Below are positions 30,822-32,000 of a stretch of DNA of 32,000 nt, piece after piece; the stretch's first letter is position 1, and each line of letters starts with the position of its first letter. The notes under the pieces are model-generated. The model was not told the DNA's origin, did no database searches, and worked only from the letters and a program-made list of their open reading frames with translations. The translations under genes were made by a program, and so were the position numbers. Source of the stretch: Dickeya dadantii NCPPB 898 (GTDB lineage Bacteria; Pseudomonadota; Gammaproteobacteria; Enterobacterales; Enterobacteriaceae); assembly GCF_000406145.1 (NCBI RefSeq), contig NZ_CM001976.1, positions 2,801,337 through 2,833,336 of the forward strand, given 5' to 3'.

Positions 30822-31172
30822 TTACTGCTGTTCCGCCTGCTGGGAGCGGTATTTGTCGGCGGTTTCTTTAATCAGTTGCTGCAGTTCGCCACGCTGGTAC
30901 ATCTCAATCACGATGTCGCAGCCGCCGACCAATTCGCCATCCACCCACAGCTGCGGGAAAGTCGGCCAGTTGGCGTATTTGGGCAATTCGGCGCGGATAT
31001 CCGGGTTTTGCAGAATATCCACATAGGCAAAACGCTCGCCACACGCCGACAACGCCTGGACCGCCTGGGCAGAAAAACCACAGCTCGGCAATTTGGGCGA
31101 GCCTTTCATGTACAGCAGAATCGGGTTTTCAGCGATCTGAAGCTGAATTTTTTCAAGTGTCGTTGTCGTCAT
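30822..31172 (-). CDS. grxD: Monothiol glutaredoxin 4
   Basis: 116 aa with the CGFS active site (PSCGFS). It is near-collinear with E. coli GrxD (ILLYMKGSPKLPSCGFSAQAVQAL, WPTFPQLWVDGELVGGCDI). Confidence 0.95.
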   Translation of the reverse strand: MTTTTLEKIQLQIAENPILLYMKGSPKLPSCGFSAQAVQALSACGERFAYVDILQNPDIRAELPKYANWPTFPQLWVDGELVGGCDIVIEMYQRGELQQLIKETADKYRSQQAEQQ

Positions 31173-31503
31173 TTTATTGCTTCCTCAAGGGCGTGATGAG
31201 CAGCCCGTCAACGGCTGTTCATATGACTCGCGGCATACCGTGCCGTGCCGCTTCTGTTGCTTTGTATTCTAACGATAGCGACGGCCACAAAAAAACGCTA
31301 TCTTTTGTAGGGTTTTATCCAGCTGAGCGTCAGCCAGAACAAAACAGCACCGAATCGGCTGATAATTAAGCAGCAGGCATCGTTGTTAACGTTTTCTCAC
31401 TATTTTGTAGTAACAATGCCTTATTCCCCACTTTTTTATCAGGTCATTTTCGGGAATACTGTAAAGATTGAACGATTGAGGACAACATTCGGTCAGAATT
31501 ATC

Positions 31504-32000
31504 ATGCGTTTATTTATTACGCTCTTTTTATTATTTTTCAGTAACCTGTTTTTTAACCTGGCACAGGCTAATCCACATAGCGCTGCGGTTTTTCCGCGCA
31601 AAACCGGCGTGGAAACGGCGAATAAAGCTATTGAGGAATCCAAAAAAAGCAAGGTTGCTAAAAATACCAAAAAGGGTGCGGCGCCCACTCATGACAAAAA
31701 GCCGGAAAAAACCGCCAAAACCGCGCCTGCCAAACCCACCGCCGCTCACGATAAAAACGTCAAACCGCACAACGATAAAAAACCGGTGACAACCACGACC
31801 TCAGCCCACGCAACCAGCAAGAAACCGACGCAGGAAAAAAGCGTGCAGGCTAAAACGCCAGCCGGCAAAACCACGAAAAAGGACGCTCCGGCACAGGCGA
31901 AGAGCAGTCACAAGACGCATGAAACCGTTATTGCCAAAACGGCAAATAAAAAAGGCAAACCTGCCGCCGTCGACGAAACCGCTACCCTATCACCACACGG
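31504..32000 (+). CDS. 5' part of a secreted protein with a Lys/Thr/Ala/Pro-rich linker. Probably the MepH/YdhO-type NlpC/P60 murein endopeptidase. It runs off the window end.
   Basis: The frame is open from ATG 31504 to the window end; it is absent from the track because it has no stop. It has a signal peptide (MRLFITLFLLFFSNLFFNLAQA|N). The low-complexity K/T/A-rich region resembles the N-terminal half of E. coli YdhO, and the position next to grxD matches E. coli. The catalytic domain is not in the window and no clear SD is visible. Confidence 0.55.
   Translation, partial: MRLFITLFLLFFSNLFFNLAQANPHSAAVFPRKTGVETANKAIEESKKSKVAKNTKKGAAPTHDKKPEKTAKTAPAKPTAAHDKNVKPHNDKKPVTTTTSAHATSKKPTQEKSVQAKTPAGKTTKKDAPAQAKSSHKTHETVIAKTANKKGKPAAVDETATLSPH

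Noticed and set aside
31386-31770. 100-aa and 79-aa minus-strand ORFs at the right end of the window
   Set aside because: They are antisense to the signal-peptide-bearing mepH-like reading frame that is open to the window end. Their Phe/Leu/Arg-rich translations reflect the complement of the Lys-rich coding strand.

Overview
This window looks like conserved chromosomal backbone from a GC-rich enterobacterium. kdgT with a KdgR-type operator and the overall protein similarities suggest Pectobacteriaceae, possibly Dickeya-like, but that is inference. I recognise about 27 protein genes by similarity to well-known E. coli proteins. Left to right they are: a LysR regulator divergent from a YdeP/FdhF-family molybdoenzyme, rnb, an aldo/keto reductase, cstA, kdgT, a solitary araD, osmB, yciH-pyrF, lapB-lapA, pgpB, ribA, an orphan OppA/MppA-type binding protein, acnA, gstA, pdxY-tyrS-pdxH, mliC, anmK, slyB, slyA, ydhL, gloA, rnt, grxD and the 5' end of a mepH/ydhO-like gene. 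I found no tRNA, rRNA, IS element, integrase, prophage gene, CRISPR array, toxin-antitoxin pair or recognisable defence gene. I do not see a defensible novel multi-gene system here. The leads worth a second look are small. They are a 17-18 bp tandem repeat array in front of gstA at a synteny breakpoint, an unusual kdgT leader (distant KdgR box plus a 17-codon uORF with a consensus SD ending 4 nt before the conserved start), and about 400 bp of unassigned lower-GC DNA between convergent slyB and slyA. There are also SlyA-type palindromes at slyA and at the ydeP-like promoter, and a few short repeats. Many long ORFs in the track lie antisense to clearly homologous genes and are treated as GC-driven artefacts. 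Several ORF-track starts were trimmed to the conserved N-terminus with a Shine-Dalgarno (SD) sequence. All motif consensus sequences and E. coli comparisons are from memory, not from a search.
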